From assembly GCA_000004985.1 (NCBI GenBank), contig GG738903.1: a stretch of DNA of 64,000 bases. The stretch is one strand, 5' to 3'. Both the position numbers and the translations under genes were made by a program. The notes beneath the pieces were generated by a model. That model was not told where the DNA came from and did no database searches. It saw only the letters and a list, made by a program, of their open reading frames with translations. This DNA comes from Naegleria gruberi. Lineage: Eukaryota. Shown in pieces: positions 41,901 to 51,989 of this stretch. How positions within the stretch are numbered: the stretch's first letter is position 1; each line of letters begins with the position of its first letter.

Positions 41901-44387
41901 AATTTCATAGTCAGTGTAAAGCTTGACGTTCAATTCATTGTTAACTGGACGAACGAATAGATAAGGATAGACAACGTCCTTATCACCGAACTTTAAACCA
42001 ATCAATCGATTCAAATTATCTTGAACAACTGAAGCGTCAGAAGGAGAAAATTCGAAATAAGGATCGAATCTAATAGAATTCAACTCTAATGGAAAGTCTG
42101 GGTCATTAGGAATGAGCTGAATTACTACGTAATGATCTGCAGATTCATAATTGTTTTGCATGGTAATTGGATAAAAGTAATTTCCAAGAATAGACCAATA
42201 AGGATACGTTTCTTCATACTTTCGTCCATCAGTTTGTACGAATCTTCCGTTCTGGAGCCATGCCTCATAGACATAGGCATCAAAACAGCCATATGAATCC
42301 ATTACTACACCAAATTTTGGAATCTTTCTATTGACTTTTTGGATAAATGTTACCATTGTAGAAGTGTCTCGAATAGCTTGTCTTGGATAACTTAAGGTTT
42401 CTGAACTTTCGATTGGTTGATAAGCAAAAACCTGTTCAAACTGGATAGTGAGGGAGTTGATAGGATTGATAATAAAATCTGTGTTGTTGAGGAATGCAGA
42501 ATAAACATATTTCGAATTGGAACTGTCGTAAAATTCTGAAAAACCTGTCAATGGAGTTTGGAGTTGGGGTACAATGCTGGATTTTGTTGAAAATGAAATG
42601 AATGAGAAAGTATTGAGAATATTTCTCAAATGTTTAAAGATTGTCCTTTTTGAAATCAAAACTGAATTCTTTGGAGTGCTACTAAACTCGATAGTATTTG
42701 TTGTAGAGCCAGTAATGACAGTTTCGTTAATGTAATTAACTGGAATAGGATTGTTGGCCGAAACTGTGGAATTACTAGCAGTTGCTGAGAAGAATGTTGT
42801 TTGGAGAGAGTAGGTACCACTAATACTTGGAATATGAGTGTAAGTAATTACTTCAAAAGACTTGGAAAAAGTGTCCTTAACGTCAATTGAAAGTCCAAGT
42901 TTGTAAAAAGCATCAAACTTTACAAAAAGAGAAGCCGATGATCTGGAGACTGTGCCTTCAGTATGAATTTGACCTTTGATTGTTGGAATGATGGCAACTT
43001 CAGCAGAAGGCAACCATGAAGTTAATTCGAATTTGAATTTAGGATAAACTGCGAGCTCAGCAGTGGCATTACCTTCCATGAAAATTCCAGGAGATTTGGA
43101 GCTCCAAACAAGACCATCACCTTCATTGATATCAGAAAAACCAGTACCTGACTCATACTTGTAACCAACATATTTAGAATAAGAGACCAAAAAGTTTCGT
43201 CTATATTCAATCTTTCCAGAGGCCTCAATATTCAGCTTATACTCGAGAGAAGGTGTAATATCAAGTGAAAAGAGATAAAACAAGGAAATCTTAATAGGCG
43301 CAGGTAACTTGTACAAGGTTCCCTCTTTTGTTTTCGAATAGCTTGCTTGGTAACTGAACAATAATGTTGCATTAGCTAGAGTTTGACCGCCTACGAGAAT
43401 TTTAGCAGAGCTAACTTTCCACCAACCCAATTCAATTTCTGCCTTGATTTCTAAATTAACAGTTGCAAAGCAATCAAGACAATCAATGGTGAAGGAAGTT
43501 GTTCCATTAACATATTTGTATAATCCAATAGAAGGATTTTTGACTTTTTGCTCAGCAATGTCATAATTGAAACCAGTATTGAATAGACGATAGGTTGTAG
43601 AGTATCTCTTGTTGGTTGGTTCACTAATTTGCAAAGTATTCGAATCTACCATGTTTCTAACAAGTGGAACTGAATAATAATCAACTTTCAAGTCATAGAA
43701 CAAATCTTTTGGCATAATTTTCTTAACATGAAACTTGACTCTCACCATGTTATCCTCACCATATCTAATTTCTCTAGCCAAAACCAAAAAAGCTTGGATA
43801 TTTTCATTACCATATTTGGTGTCTGTGTCTTGACCATAGCATTGCCATTGTTTACCAATAACAAGTCTAGAACCAGGAATTAATCTCTTTGAAGTGGAAT
43901 GACCATTAGCAAAATCAATGTCTAGTTGATTGTCAGAACATTTGACATCCCAGACGTTTACGTCATGGTCAAGCATGGACACACCAGAAATTACTTTTCC
44001 ATACAATGAGTAGATGTGATGAGAGCCATGGATGATAGCTTGTCCGCTTTGTGACACTGTCATGTAGTCTTCTTCCTTTAGAATTTCATGTGGGTTTCTT
44101 CTTCTTTTTAAAGATTCTTCTGAATGTTTATATTCGAAAAGTGAAAATCCATACGAATCTGTTTGTGAAGCATGTACGAATTCGTTGTTGTTCTTGAAAG
44201 GATGAATAGTTGGTGAAGTAAATCCAATATCCAATGCCTTTCCAATGAAAATACTTTCGTCTAGCAAATTTCTGGACCGAATCTTCTTGCCAAACATTCT
44301 TTGGGTGGGAAATGAAGGTTGTTGAGCACTAAATACCACGCAACCACTCAACAACAATAAAACTAATAACCATGTGCTAACTTTCAT
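38934..44387 (-). CDS. Very large type I surface protein (1817 aa): signal peptide, huge novel ectodomain, furin/laminin-EGF-like Cys-rich cluster, C-terminal TM anchor
   Basis: MKVSTWLLVLLLLSGCVVFSAQQ; CPERCISCDISNSTCLVCQFGYFGRNCTETCLITCNTCTNATSCETCPLGSFGIRCD; C-terminal LSHLLVVFVAAMFIFL. Confidence 0.7.
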   Translation of the reverse strand: MKVSTWLLVLLLLSGCVVFSAQQPSFPTQRMFGKKIRSRNLLDESIFIGKALDIGFTSPTIHPFKNNNEFVHASQTDSYGFSLFEYKHSEESLKRRRNPHEILKEEDYMTVSQSGQAIIHGSHHIYSLYGKVISGVSMLDHDVNVWDVKCSDNQLDIDFANGHSTSKRLIPGSRLVIGKQWQCYGQDTDTKYGNENIQAFLVLAREIRYGEDNMVRVKFHVKKIMPKDLFYDLKVDYYSVPLVRNMVDSNTLQISEPTNKRYSTTYRLFNTGFNYDIAEQKVKNPSIGLYKYVNGTTSFTIDCLDCFATVNLEIKAEIELGWWKVSSAKILVGGQTLANATLLFSYQASYSKTKEGTLYKLPAPIKISLFYLFSLDITPSLEYKLNIEASGKIEYRRNFLVSYSKYVGYKYESGTGFSDINEGDGLVWSSKSPGIFMEGNATAELAVYPKFKFELTSWLPSAEVAIIPTIKGQIHTEGTVSRSSASLFVKFDAFYKLGLSIDVKDTFSKSFEVITYTHIPSISGTYSLQTTFFSATASNSTVSANNPIPVNYINETVITGSTTNTIEFSSTPKNSVLISKRTIFKHLRNILNTFSFISFSTKSSIVPQLQTPLTGFSEFYDSSNSKYVYSAFLNNTDFIINPINSLTIQFEQVFAYQPIESSETLSYPRQAIRDTSTMVTFIQKVNRKIPKFGVVMDSYGCFDAYVYEAWLQNGRFVQTDGRKYEETYPYWSILGNYFYPITMQNNYESADHYVVIQLIPNDPDFPLELNSIRFDPYFEFSPSDASVVQDNLNRLIGLKFGDKDVVYPYLFVRPVNNELNVKLYTDYEIYRAFYAKPKPGVGLTYTLTQTGSYIPMLKDNQYGTEVGIATTKPVTISVFPNYKLVNGIPSSAKNLASQEQTYFAFDCRTFYDSVALNTNSKVYLRVIDSTTGNLIVNNFELDIRIVTSDGYVYNTLTKTVDNNMFVLDTDSISNIKGNCVVFDRFVQIRLKNLATTTKTFQLELSLVHVPKYNEPISISMNPSTFGYGYKDLSEILTREKNSGKSGIVLKQQFASYPIGKVYLSSSTKNIPPSFSDPSSIMTASSRVPDYIGSSNVIERLPISFKTNYGNFLFGYTHLITSQSISFSVENLPNTDISLSFDKGLTNLERLSNINTTIINVKINGMDHYWRESLQKSLQQSDQEAFLYLKAFDQNNNVIVLRNYFSGINTLCTDSQLTFELVPIQGAILPSKFKLTFESASSLFTTAYDIPVLNSLQVDSGDDNNGIPSVECPERCISCDISNSTCLVCQFGYFGRNCTETCLITCNTCTNATSCETCPLGSFGIRCDIQDTQENPCSQLSETPIVSVSSSGGGYQLTYSIKIPKSLLSTTNQTVISHSSIDSCSKNQPSFQPEQLFECQAQYSLTTSISTLMNDSRIVKQLDSSGTVLTLNVPINIGLITNKFDSQNGDYCEIVNYGVNHQVKLVLSSHQMIGMDVNGNMTFGDNVNVNYRKEIITIQDGLFSLSGKLFTNNVTVVSVSYLGSQPYQNIDFDIILSEYQPNSYNLIISSKQKVSYISGIFTFSIQVRTGEKIVQVLLSISLSYTMPINPPPTELKYSTQVNLYSNNFGQPKNLFTISDSPHVLVNIVDSNGKSSSLPSSISLSIKNAYLCCTKSGVSMPTYDPSQNSYGCQRYNSTTMSNWLHLIDNQVVSSQYGTELIKFPLINFQLGFKFTIQSNMFPIGSSESVQVNTCFIHTESIMKSTSSNRELNLDESGTSIHNAFDIIQVFSAAQQKPPIQPSKTSPIISQSLRLNHSNPSRQYLSHLLVVFVAAMFIFL

Positions 44388-44585
44388 TTTTTTGTCTCGA
44401 TAATTGCGTTTGAAAGCTAGACGAATTGTTCGAAACTGGTCGTTGAGAATACGAAACTTCTATATAAGGAAGAACCGAAAAAAATAATGGAATCTGCGTG
44501 CCAAAGCAAGGATGGGAATTCATTCTACAAACTACAACATGACACCTTTTTCATCTTAATATTTTACAATATTTCTTCAAGGATG

Positions 44586-46343
44586 TTATTGATTAAAAAA
44601 CTGTTTCGAAAGAATTTTGACATCTTTTTCTGCAAAATCCAAGTCTGTGAATATTTCCAATCTTTCCTGAGGAGTGAATTTGACTAAATGGTTGCATAAT
44701 TGTTTCACAAAAGCCAATTTGGAAGATTTTTTGAAAATTGGAAAGCAAGCTTTACAAAAAGCAACAATTTCTTCATCTGAAACAGTTAGAGAAATAATTC
44801 GTTCCTCAAGCATATTGATGGTATTTTCAGGAAATCCCAAACGATGTCCGTATGAGAACAATTCCAGTAAATTATTTTCATCCAGTTTTTCAAACTTTCC
44901 AGTGTAAATAAAATTGCACAACTCTTGAATAACTGAAAAGTTGCATCCTTGAATTTCAAGTGTTGGAATTTCATCATGGAGAGCGGATTCTTTCATTCTT
45001 TCTGTTTCATCGAAATTAGAGTTGAGTAAAATATTGAAAAACATGGATCGTTCCGATAAGAAGTCTTTGTGACATAGTATTGATTCTGTAGATTCAACAA
45101 AGAAAACCTCTTCTAGATAATTCTCAATTTTGATTTGGACATTACACAAACTTCGTTGCAATTTCTCAAACTTGGACCTACTTTCAAAGGAGCTGTGGAA
45201 AATACAACCTTTCAAGTCCTTCTTGAATAGTTCATCTGATTCCTTCATTGCAATGTTAATATCCTTTCTATGATCCCTGAATATATCTACAAAATTATAC
45301 ATTCCCAAGCTTTCCATCCAATCACAATAGTCTTGCTTTTGAGTGAATCTTTCCAAACTTTCTAATTTTGTGCATTTCTTTGGATTTTCCGTTCTCACGA
45401 TACAACCCGTGTAAATCCATACCAGTAGATTATCGAATTGAATTTTGGTCAATGGAACTGGTCCCAAATCAATATGTCGCAACTCTTCTCTTTTAAAAAA
45501 ATCTCTAATTTCAGAATCATCATCTGGTATTAAATTCTTCATTGCATCAAATTCGTCTGTTGGTCTTTTAAAATTTTTCTTTTGATTTACAACCAAGATT
45601 TGTTCCTTAATTTGCTCAATTTTTCTATCATAATCCTTTATCTTCAATGCTTTCTTGTTAATAGAATTGAAATATTTCTCAATCTCCAGTTTTGTTTTCA
45701 AATTAACTATGGCCAATTCATCACTTGTTAAGGTGTAGCTTGTTTTTTGTGGAATAGGTCTCTCCTTATTTACCAGAGCAAAATAGAGTAGCATTGGCCA
45801 TCTCTTCAAAATAATCCACCAATGACAGTAGTAAATTGTATCCTCCTCATTCTTTCCGAATCTAATTCTAATAGTCAAATCACTCTCTTCTGGTTTAGTT
45901 CCATAAATAACCCTCCTTGCCATTTTCATCATGAATAGATCGAGTGGCTTGAACTGATCTTGTTCATACGTTTGTTCACCAATATCTTCACAATCCCCAT
46001 TTTTCATTTTGAACATCTTTAGTCCTTCATATGAATTATAAACTCTCAACAATTCTCTAACTCGTAATGACAAGGCATTCATATAACACCTTGCATTTTT
46101 ATCATCACGAGCTCCCAATTCCGATAAATATTTGACCAAATTCAAATGTCCACATAAACAAGCATAATAAAGTGGTGTATTTCCATACCGATCGGGTTTA
46201 TGCAAGTCTGATATTTTAATTGTGGCTCGGACCCTATTCAAATCTCCAACTTTGCAAAATGAATAAATATCGCTCTTTGGAGAGAGTGGAGAGGTTAGCC
46301 CTACTCGTTGTTGATACATTTTTTTCTGATGAACTTGTTGCAC
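44586..46343 (-). CDS. Ankyrin-repeat and BTB/POZ domain protein, 585 aa
   Basis: N-terminal ankyrin repeats (GNTPLYYACLCGHLNLVKYLSELGA); BTB-like segment near the C-terminus (KDFLSERSMFFNILLNS...ALHDEIPTLEIQGCNFSVIQELCNFIYTGKF). Confidence 0.7.
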   Translation of the reverse strand: MQQVHQKKMYQQRVGLTSPLSPKSDIYSFCKVGDLNRVRATIKISDLHKPDRYGNTPLYYACLCGHLNLVKYLSELGARDDKNARCYMNALSLRVRELLRVYNSYEGLKMFKMKNGDCEDIGEQTYEQDQFKPLDLFMMKMARRVIYGTKPEESDLTIRIRFGKNEEDTIYYCHWWIILKRWPMLLYFALVNKERPIPQKTSYTLTSDELAIVNLKTKLEIEKYFNSINKKALKIKDYDRKIEQIKEQILVVNQKKNFKRPTDEFDAMKNLIPDDDSEIRDFFKREELRHIDLGPVPLTKIQFDNLLVWIYTGCIVRTENPKKCTKLESLERFTQKQDYCDWMESLGMYNFVDIFRDHRKDINIAMKESDELFKKDLKGCIFHSSFESRSKFEKLQRSLCNVQIKIENYLEEVFFVESTESILCHKDFLSERSMFFNILLNSNFDETERMKESALHDEIPTLEIQGCNFSVIQELCNFIYTGKFEKLDENNLLELFSYGHRLGFPENTINMLEERIISLTVSDEEIVAFCKACFPIFKKSSKLAFVKQLCNHLVKFTPQERLEIFTDLDFAEKDVKILSKQFFNQ

Positions 46344-46364
46344 ACGAGGTTCTGATTTGTAAAG

Positions 46365-47048
46365 TTACACTCTCCTGACCAAACATACAATTTCTGAATT
46401 GTTTGCAATCTGTAAATCCTCTAAAGTTGACTTGCTTTCAAGTACCTTTCTATTTTCAAATATTTGATTATTAATTCTCAATCCAATCATTTCTTTAATT
46501 ACTCCACTCTTCAATGCAAGCCATTCCACTACTTCACCCAGTAAAACACAACTTTTAAAACCTCCTTCAAAGCTCATTCCATTCATAAACTTGAATTTCA
46601 ATATTACATCACCCTGATTAGTTTTGCTAGTCAATTCCTCAACCCTTTTACTGTCCTCCTCCAAGTCTTTAATTTCATCTTCCAAATCTTCCATTTCCGA
46701 ATCTTCGTCCATTTCAAATTTTCCCTCTTCATACAAATTTGTTGGATTATGATCATCTTCCTTCTCAACCCGATGAATAATTTGTCCCTTTGACAAAATA
46801 TCATCAATATCAATATTCAACTTCTCGGCAATCTTCATAGTACATTGCAATATGTGTAATGATAGTTCCTTCTCTTGTTCTGTCGTCAATACCATCTGAA
46901 CACCTAAAGGAAAAGCAAAATTAGGAGTGTTAGAACCAGCACTATGACCACACCAAGGGCATTTGCCAGTACTAATATTAATACCAGTATATGTGGATGA
47001 ACAATTTTGCAATGCTCCGATCAAGTAATTAAACTCAGTTCTGTCCAT
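46365..47048 (-). CDS. UBX-domain (ubiquitin-like fold) protein with N-terminal Cys/His-containing motif and acidic linker, approx 227 aa; start set at the internal Met MDRTEFNYL
   Basis: C-terminal DVILKFKFMNGMSF...RKVLESKSTLEDLQIANNSEIVCLVRR has a UBX-like pattern; CPWCGH motif near the N-terminus. Confidence 0.45.
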   Translation of the reverse strand: MDRTEFNYLIGALQNCSSTYTGINISTGKCPWCGHSAGSNTPNFAFPLGVQMVLTTEQEKELSLHILQCTMKIAEKLNIDIDDILSKGQIIHRVEKEDDHNPTNLYEEGKFEMDEDSEMEDLEDEIKDLEEDSKRVEELTSKTNQGDVILKFKFMNGMSFEGGFKSCVLLGEVVEWLALKSGVIKEMIGLRINNQIFENRKVLESKSTLEDLQIANNSEIVCLVRRV

Positions 47049-47386
47049 GTTATTGTGTGCGAATTTTTTTTTATATGAAAAATTTCCAGTTATTAGAGGT
47101 GGGAAAAAGTTGTTTACAAAACTGTAAATATTGAAGTAAATTCTTTGAAAACATTTGGACCAAGTCACAACAGCATATCGGCCAATCAATATTGCTAATT
47201 GCCCAAGTTTTTCTTCCTTGACCTATCCAAGCAAATATTCCAATTGCATGATATAGATTGGTCAATTTGAATTATTACAGATCTCTGAAAACCTTTTCAT
47301 TGAAAAATAAGTTCCAAAAAGGAATCAATAATTGTAAGTTTATAGTTTTTTCGAAATTAAATAAAATTCTGTGAAAATTAGTGAAA

Positions 47387-48040
47387 TTACTCCTCATCAA
47401 TTAATTGTTCTCTTCCATCTTGATCCATTCCAGATTCATTGAGATGATCAATATCATCTGCACCCATATTTTCCTCAGTTAACATATCCAACCAACGAAT
47501 ATTTGCCAAGCAACCAATCACTGCAATCACCCAATAAACTTCACACAAACAAACAACCAGAAATGAAATTATAACCAGTGCACTTTCTCCAGTCATGTAC
47601 CATAAGAATATGCACACAAAGATGGCACCCAAACCAAGAACTGCTTGGAAAACAGCTCCGAAAAGGGAACACATGGCCATCCATCTTGGTGGTTGCTGTT
47701 TAAAGTTTAGAACAATCCAGATAATGGAGGTGATTACACAGCCAAAGACAATGATGGGTGAAGCAATTAGAACGTATCGAAAGACGACAAATTTATCACT
47801 GGTCGGGTTGGACGAAACTTGTGTAAAATAATAAATGTCAATGATTACTGAAAAGATAAAGACGAAGAGAGTTGTTAATAACTGTAGGATTGCCATGCCT
47901 TTGTAGGCGAACTTTTTCTCACCCAGACTTCTGGCAAGGTTGGAGAAGTATGACATTTTTTTTGTTAGAAGTTGGACGAATTTCCCAAATTGGACTTCAA
48001 CTTGTATCAATGCAGTGTCGGAACTCATTTTTTGATGCAA
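47387..48040 (-). CDS. Hypothetical 4-TM membrane protein, approx 210 aa
   Basis: Four hydrophobic helices (LLTTLFVFIFSVIIDIYYF; LIASPIIVFGCVITSIIWIVL; LFGAVFQAVLGLGAIFVCIFLWY; LVIISFLVVCLCEVYWVIAVIGCL) and an acidic C-terminus. Confidence 0.45.
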   Translation of the reverse strand: MHQKMSSDTALIQVEVQFGKFVQLLTKKMSYFSNLARSLGEKKFAYKGMAILQLLTTLFVFIFSVIIDIYYFTQVSSNPTSDKFVVFRYVLIASPIIVFGCVITSIIWIVLNFKQQPPRWMAMCSLFGAVFQAVLGLGAIFVCIFLWYMTGESALVIISFLVVCLCEVYWVIAVIGCLANIRWLDMLTEENMGADDIDHLNESGMDQDGREQLIDEE

Positions 48041-48548
48041 TTTGGTTTGCCAAAGTGGCGGCTGCTAACGGCCGAAGTAAAAATGTCACATTGGGTGACC
48101 TAATAAAAAAATTATTTATTCAAAAACTATAAGTATTCACATTGCGATATTTTGAAATTAGGTAGTAAAACACCCATTGATGGATTTTATGAAAAATCAT
48201 TTGTTGAAAGATTTATTTCGGGATTTTATAAAATAAATATTTAATATTAAAAATAAATCAAAATAGGACGTGATGATTTACTCACTTATTTCAGTGTTTG
48301 GTTCAGCACGGTTTCAATTTTATAAAAATTCACATGTTTTTAATTATTAATATAATTGATTTCCCGAGCCAAACGCCGAAATAAATGACTTGTAATTGTT
48401 GCAAAGTGGTATGTCAGAAAGTAGGTCGATAATTTTTTTCATTTTTTCAAGTGTTTTTTTTTTAGATCAGTGACAGTTCAATAATTCCACTAGTTAAGAG
48501 AAAACAAATGCCAATAAAACAAAGGAAGCATTCAAAGCAATGTTCTGT

Positions 48549-48598
48549 NNNNNNNNNNNNNNNNNNNNNNNNNNNNNNNNNNNNNNNNNNNNNNNNNN
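48549..48598. other. Assembly gap (50 N)
   Basis: Run of n characters in the sequence. Confidence 1.
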
Positions 48599-48691
48599 CA
48601 TTACAAAGACTACAAAATTGCAGGCCCGCCTCTGTATTGCAAAGTAGAGATAGTATTACAATCATTGTTACAAAGATTTGTTTAATAGTAT

Positions 48692-49687
48692 TTACAAATC
48701 TGTTGATCCATTATTTACAAGTGTTTGAGTTTCTGGAAGTTTGATATTTTCACTCACAAACTCTCCGAAATATTTCAAAAAGTCATTCTTACAAGAAATT
48801 TCCTCAGGTGTCACTTGTTGAGAAGAACAATCCATAGATTGAAGCATTGAAACTGACTGCACAGTATCTCCATTTCTTTCCATACATCCTTTGAATTGAG
48901 TTGAGCATGATTGTGTCAGTGCTTTAAAGTAAAATTGATTGACTTGAATTTTACACAATTCTAAAAAGTTTGGATAATTGAAAGATTGATGACTGGAAAT
49001 ATTATTCTGAATGCATTCAATTAATTCCTTCTTTTCCTTAGGATAATGTTCATCTACTATCGAATCAATTCTATTCTTATTATAGTTGGACATTAGCTTT
49101 TTCTTCAAATTGGAGAGAATTGAAATTGAATCATTTGATGAAGAGAGATTTTTCACAACATCTGGGAATACTCTAGAGAAGCTTCCCTTTTCCATCCAAT
49201 CATTACTAATCAGCTTATCATACTCGTTATATTTTTGCTTATATTCGGCACTATTATTGTGACACTCATTAATTTCATTGAAGATTTTCGACCTAGTATT
49301 TTCATTTCTAATAAATTCATCGTTCAATTGCCAATTAGATTTGTTCATACTAGTACGTTGTTGGAATGAATATTCATCATCATTTACATATTTCTTACGA
49401 TGATATAAATCTTGATTTGTTGCTTTTTCTGTAAAATGTTTCCTACTATTTTCATTAACACATGGCAAACCCTCTTGTCCATATAACATTCTCATTGCAC
49501 AAGTTTCCACTAATAGGGATTGTTGTGATGCAGTTAGAGGACGTTGACGATAATTTCTAACCATGAGTCTTTCAGCATCTGTGATAACATTCTTACAAAT
49601 GGTGGCAACATGGAAAAGTTCAAAAACTTGATTCTGTTGTTCTTCAATAGAAAGTGGACTATCGGATGATGAGGTGTTTGAAGACAT
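48692..49687 (-). CDS. Hypothetical protein, 331 aa, no recognised domain
   Basis: Single long ORF starting MSSNTSSSDSPLSIEEQQ. Confidence 0.45.
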   Translation of the reverse strand: MSSNTSSSDSPLSIEEQQNQVFELFHVATICKNVITDAERLMVRNYRQRPLTASQQSLLVETCAMRMLYGQEGLPCVNENSRKHFTEKATNQDLYHRKKYVNDDEYSFQQRTSMNKSNWQLNDEFIRNENTRSKIFNEINECHNNSAEYKQKYNEYDKLISNDWMEKGSFSRVFPDVVKNLSSSNDSISILSNLKKKLMSNYNKNRIDSIVDEHYPKEKKELIECIQNNISSHQSFNYPNFLELCKIQVNQFYFKALTQSCSTQFKGCMERNGDTVQSVSMLQSMDCSSQQVTPEEISCKNDFLKYFGEFVSENIKLPETQTLVNNGSTDL

Positions 49688-50275
49688 GATGTTGCTATTT
49701 GTTTTTGATTGAATTAATGTTGTGAGAATCCTCTTTGTTAAATCTTTTTAATAATATCCAATTTTGAGAATCCTTTCCTTCTTCAATATTTCAAAATAAA
49801 TTAAAACCAAGGTGTGGAATGCACTCGTTGAAAGCTTTGCTTTTTTTTGACTTTGAAAATCAACAGAGTAGTGGTGGCCAATTATTCTCCTCAACAAATA
49901 CCGACAATAATCGCAATTTAGCCAACTAATATTTTCTAATTCACCTTCATCATAAAATAAGATTTTTAAGTGGCGACTTGCGCTATTTTTTTAAAGTTCA
50001 TTTCTAGTGCAAAACCTACAGTTAGAAAAGGCGGGAAAATAGAAGGGCAGATTTGAATTAAAAAAATGGCCCAACAGTGATAAGAGTCGGCGGCTGCAGT
50101 GGCTTAAACCAACAAGAGAAGAGGACAAGAATTGAATGTCTTTTGTTATTGTTATGAGTGCAAGAATATCTTGTTAATTTTTTTAAAGTGAAATATGGAA
50201 AATTACTGGATTGAGAAGAGGAAGCTTTTGGAATTTAATTAATTTGTCATCATCACAAAGTAAATTAAAAAGAAA

Positions 50276-51333
50276 ATGAATAATAATACTAGTACTTCAA
50301 GTGTGGATGAAGGAGTTAATGGGTGTAAATTTCTATTTATTGGAAAGACTAGAATTAATTTCTTCACCCCTCCCATCATTTCTGAGAATGCTCGATTCCA
50401 GCTGAGTTATAAAGACTCACTCAAAAAGACAAGCTATGAGATTGTTGTTGACTACTTTTTGGAGTGGTTGGGAATTGTACTGATAGGCATATTGGCAGCA
50501 ATCTTGTTCAATGTTGATTTTCCTTACACTCTCTACTTTAGATTGGATGATCCTTCAATTCAATATCCCAATACTGGAACACAAACCATCAGCTTTAACC
50601 TCATTGTTACACTATTCATCTTTGTGGTGCCAGCTGTTGTTATTATTCTATTTCAGCTGATTTTTGTGAGAAATCTTCACGACTTTCATCATGTTGCTCT
50701 AGGAACCTTGCAATCCCTTGCTTTTAACATGCTGTTCATGATGTTCTTTTGGTTTTTCTATCCGGCTCACAGGCCAAACTTTCTGGAGACTTGTAATCCC
50801 ATACCAGAGAAGATTGTACAAGTGGCCCTGAAAAGAGCACAACCCTATAATAATATTATTTACTTTCTTCCCCAAGAGATTTGTTCCGATCCAAGTAGGT
50901 TCACCAAGATGCAAGTGAACAATACACCTGGATTCCCAAGTGGTCATGCATCCAACTTGTTTTCTGTTTGGATGTTTGTAATCTTGTATTTATTTGCAAA
51001 ACTCAAGGCAGTAAGTAGTTGTTTCATTTCATTCCTCTTTAATTTCTTAATCAGCTTTCGTCCTATAGTAGAATTGGAAAAACAATTAGTAGAGCAATAA
51101 GTGCTCCAAGAAGAGGATGGTTCATATTTCCATGTATAGTATTATTAATTATGGGAGCTGCGATTTGGATTGGACTATTTTCAAGAATTTTAGATAATCA
51201 ACACACATGGATACAAGTCATCACTGGATCAATATTTGGTTTTACAATTCCTATTTTCGTTTACTTATTCAAATTTGGAAGTGCCTTTGGACCAGATTCA
51301 CATATTCCTTTGTATTATTATTGGACTAGTTAA
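50276..51333 (+). CDS. PAP2-family lipid phosphate phosphatase, 2 exons join(50276..51010,51055..51333)
   Basis: Six TM helices; PAP2 motif 2 PSGH (GFPSGHAS) in exon 1; motif 3 SRxxDxxHxxxDV (SRILDNQHTWIQVITG) in exon 2; a 44-nt GTAAGT...CAG intron joins them in phase 0. Confidence 0.7.
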
Positions 51334-51989
51334 AAATACACAATTTATTATTATTAATTGTCATAATTATAATATTATATTACCTACAGTCACGTCTCGA
51401 ATAATGCGGAGTCAGTCGATTTTTAAAACACTCCAAATTATTTGCATCCATTTTGTAATGAATTGATATGTTTTATGCATAAATCCTAACTTTTGATAAT
51501 CTTGACAGCCATAAAGATGCCCAAGACTTATTGAAAGTGAAAGTGAAGATGCCCTTACCAAAGAATGCATCAGAGCTAATGTAAATGTGACTTGTCATTC
51601 AACATCCAATGTAAGCTAAGAGATTTGCAAGCCGAATGGTATGATGAGCAAGCAGAAATTATCATCAACAATAAGAAGAAGGACATTAAAGTCTCAACAC
51701 AGCAACTAATTAACTGGACATCAATGGCATTAACTTCAGTAGAAGATAGAACAATTGTGAGTGGGTTCAAACAGGATTAGGCCTTGCAAAGGACGGTAGT
51801 GAAGATGATGAAGTGCTTTAGAAGAAGCATGCTGAAGAATAACACTCCGAATTATTTTTGTTGTTGTTGCAATTTTTTTTTGAAAATCGACCTCCGGAAT
51901 AATAAAAAACCGCATTATTCGAGACGTGACTGTAATATTATTTTAATATTAGGAAAATCATCAACAAATAATATTTTTCAAAACGGTAT

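Noticed and set aside
37959-44387. Possibility that the PBP-like ORF is a 3' exon of the giant surface-protein gene
   Set aside because: The giant ORF ends with a TM anchor plus short tail and an in-frame TAA. No GT...AG combination between 38798 and 38940 restores a frame into the PBP ORF, which has its own signal peptide.
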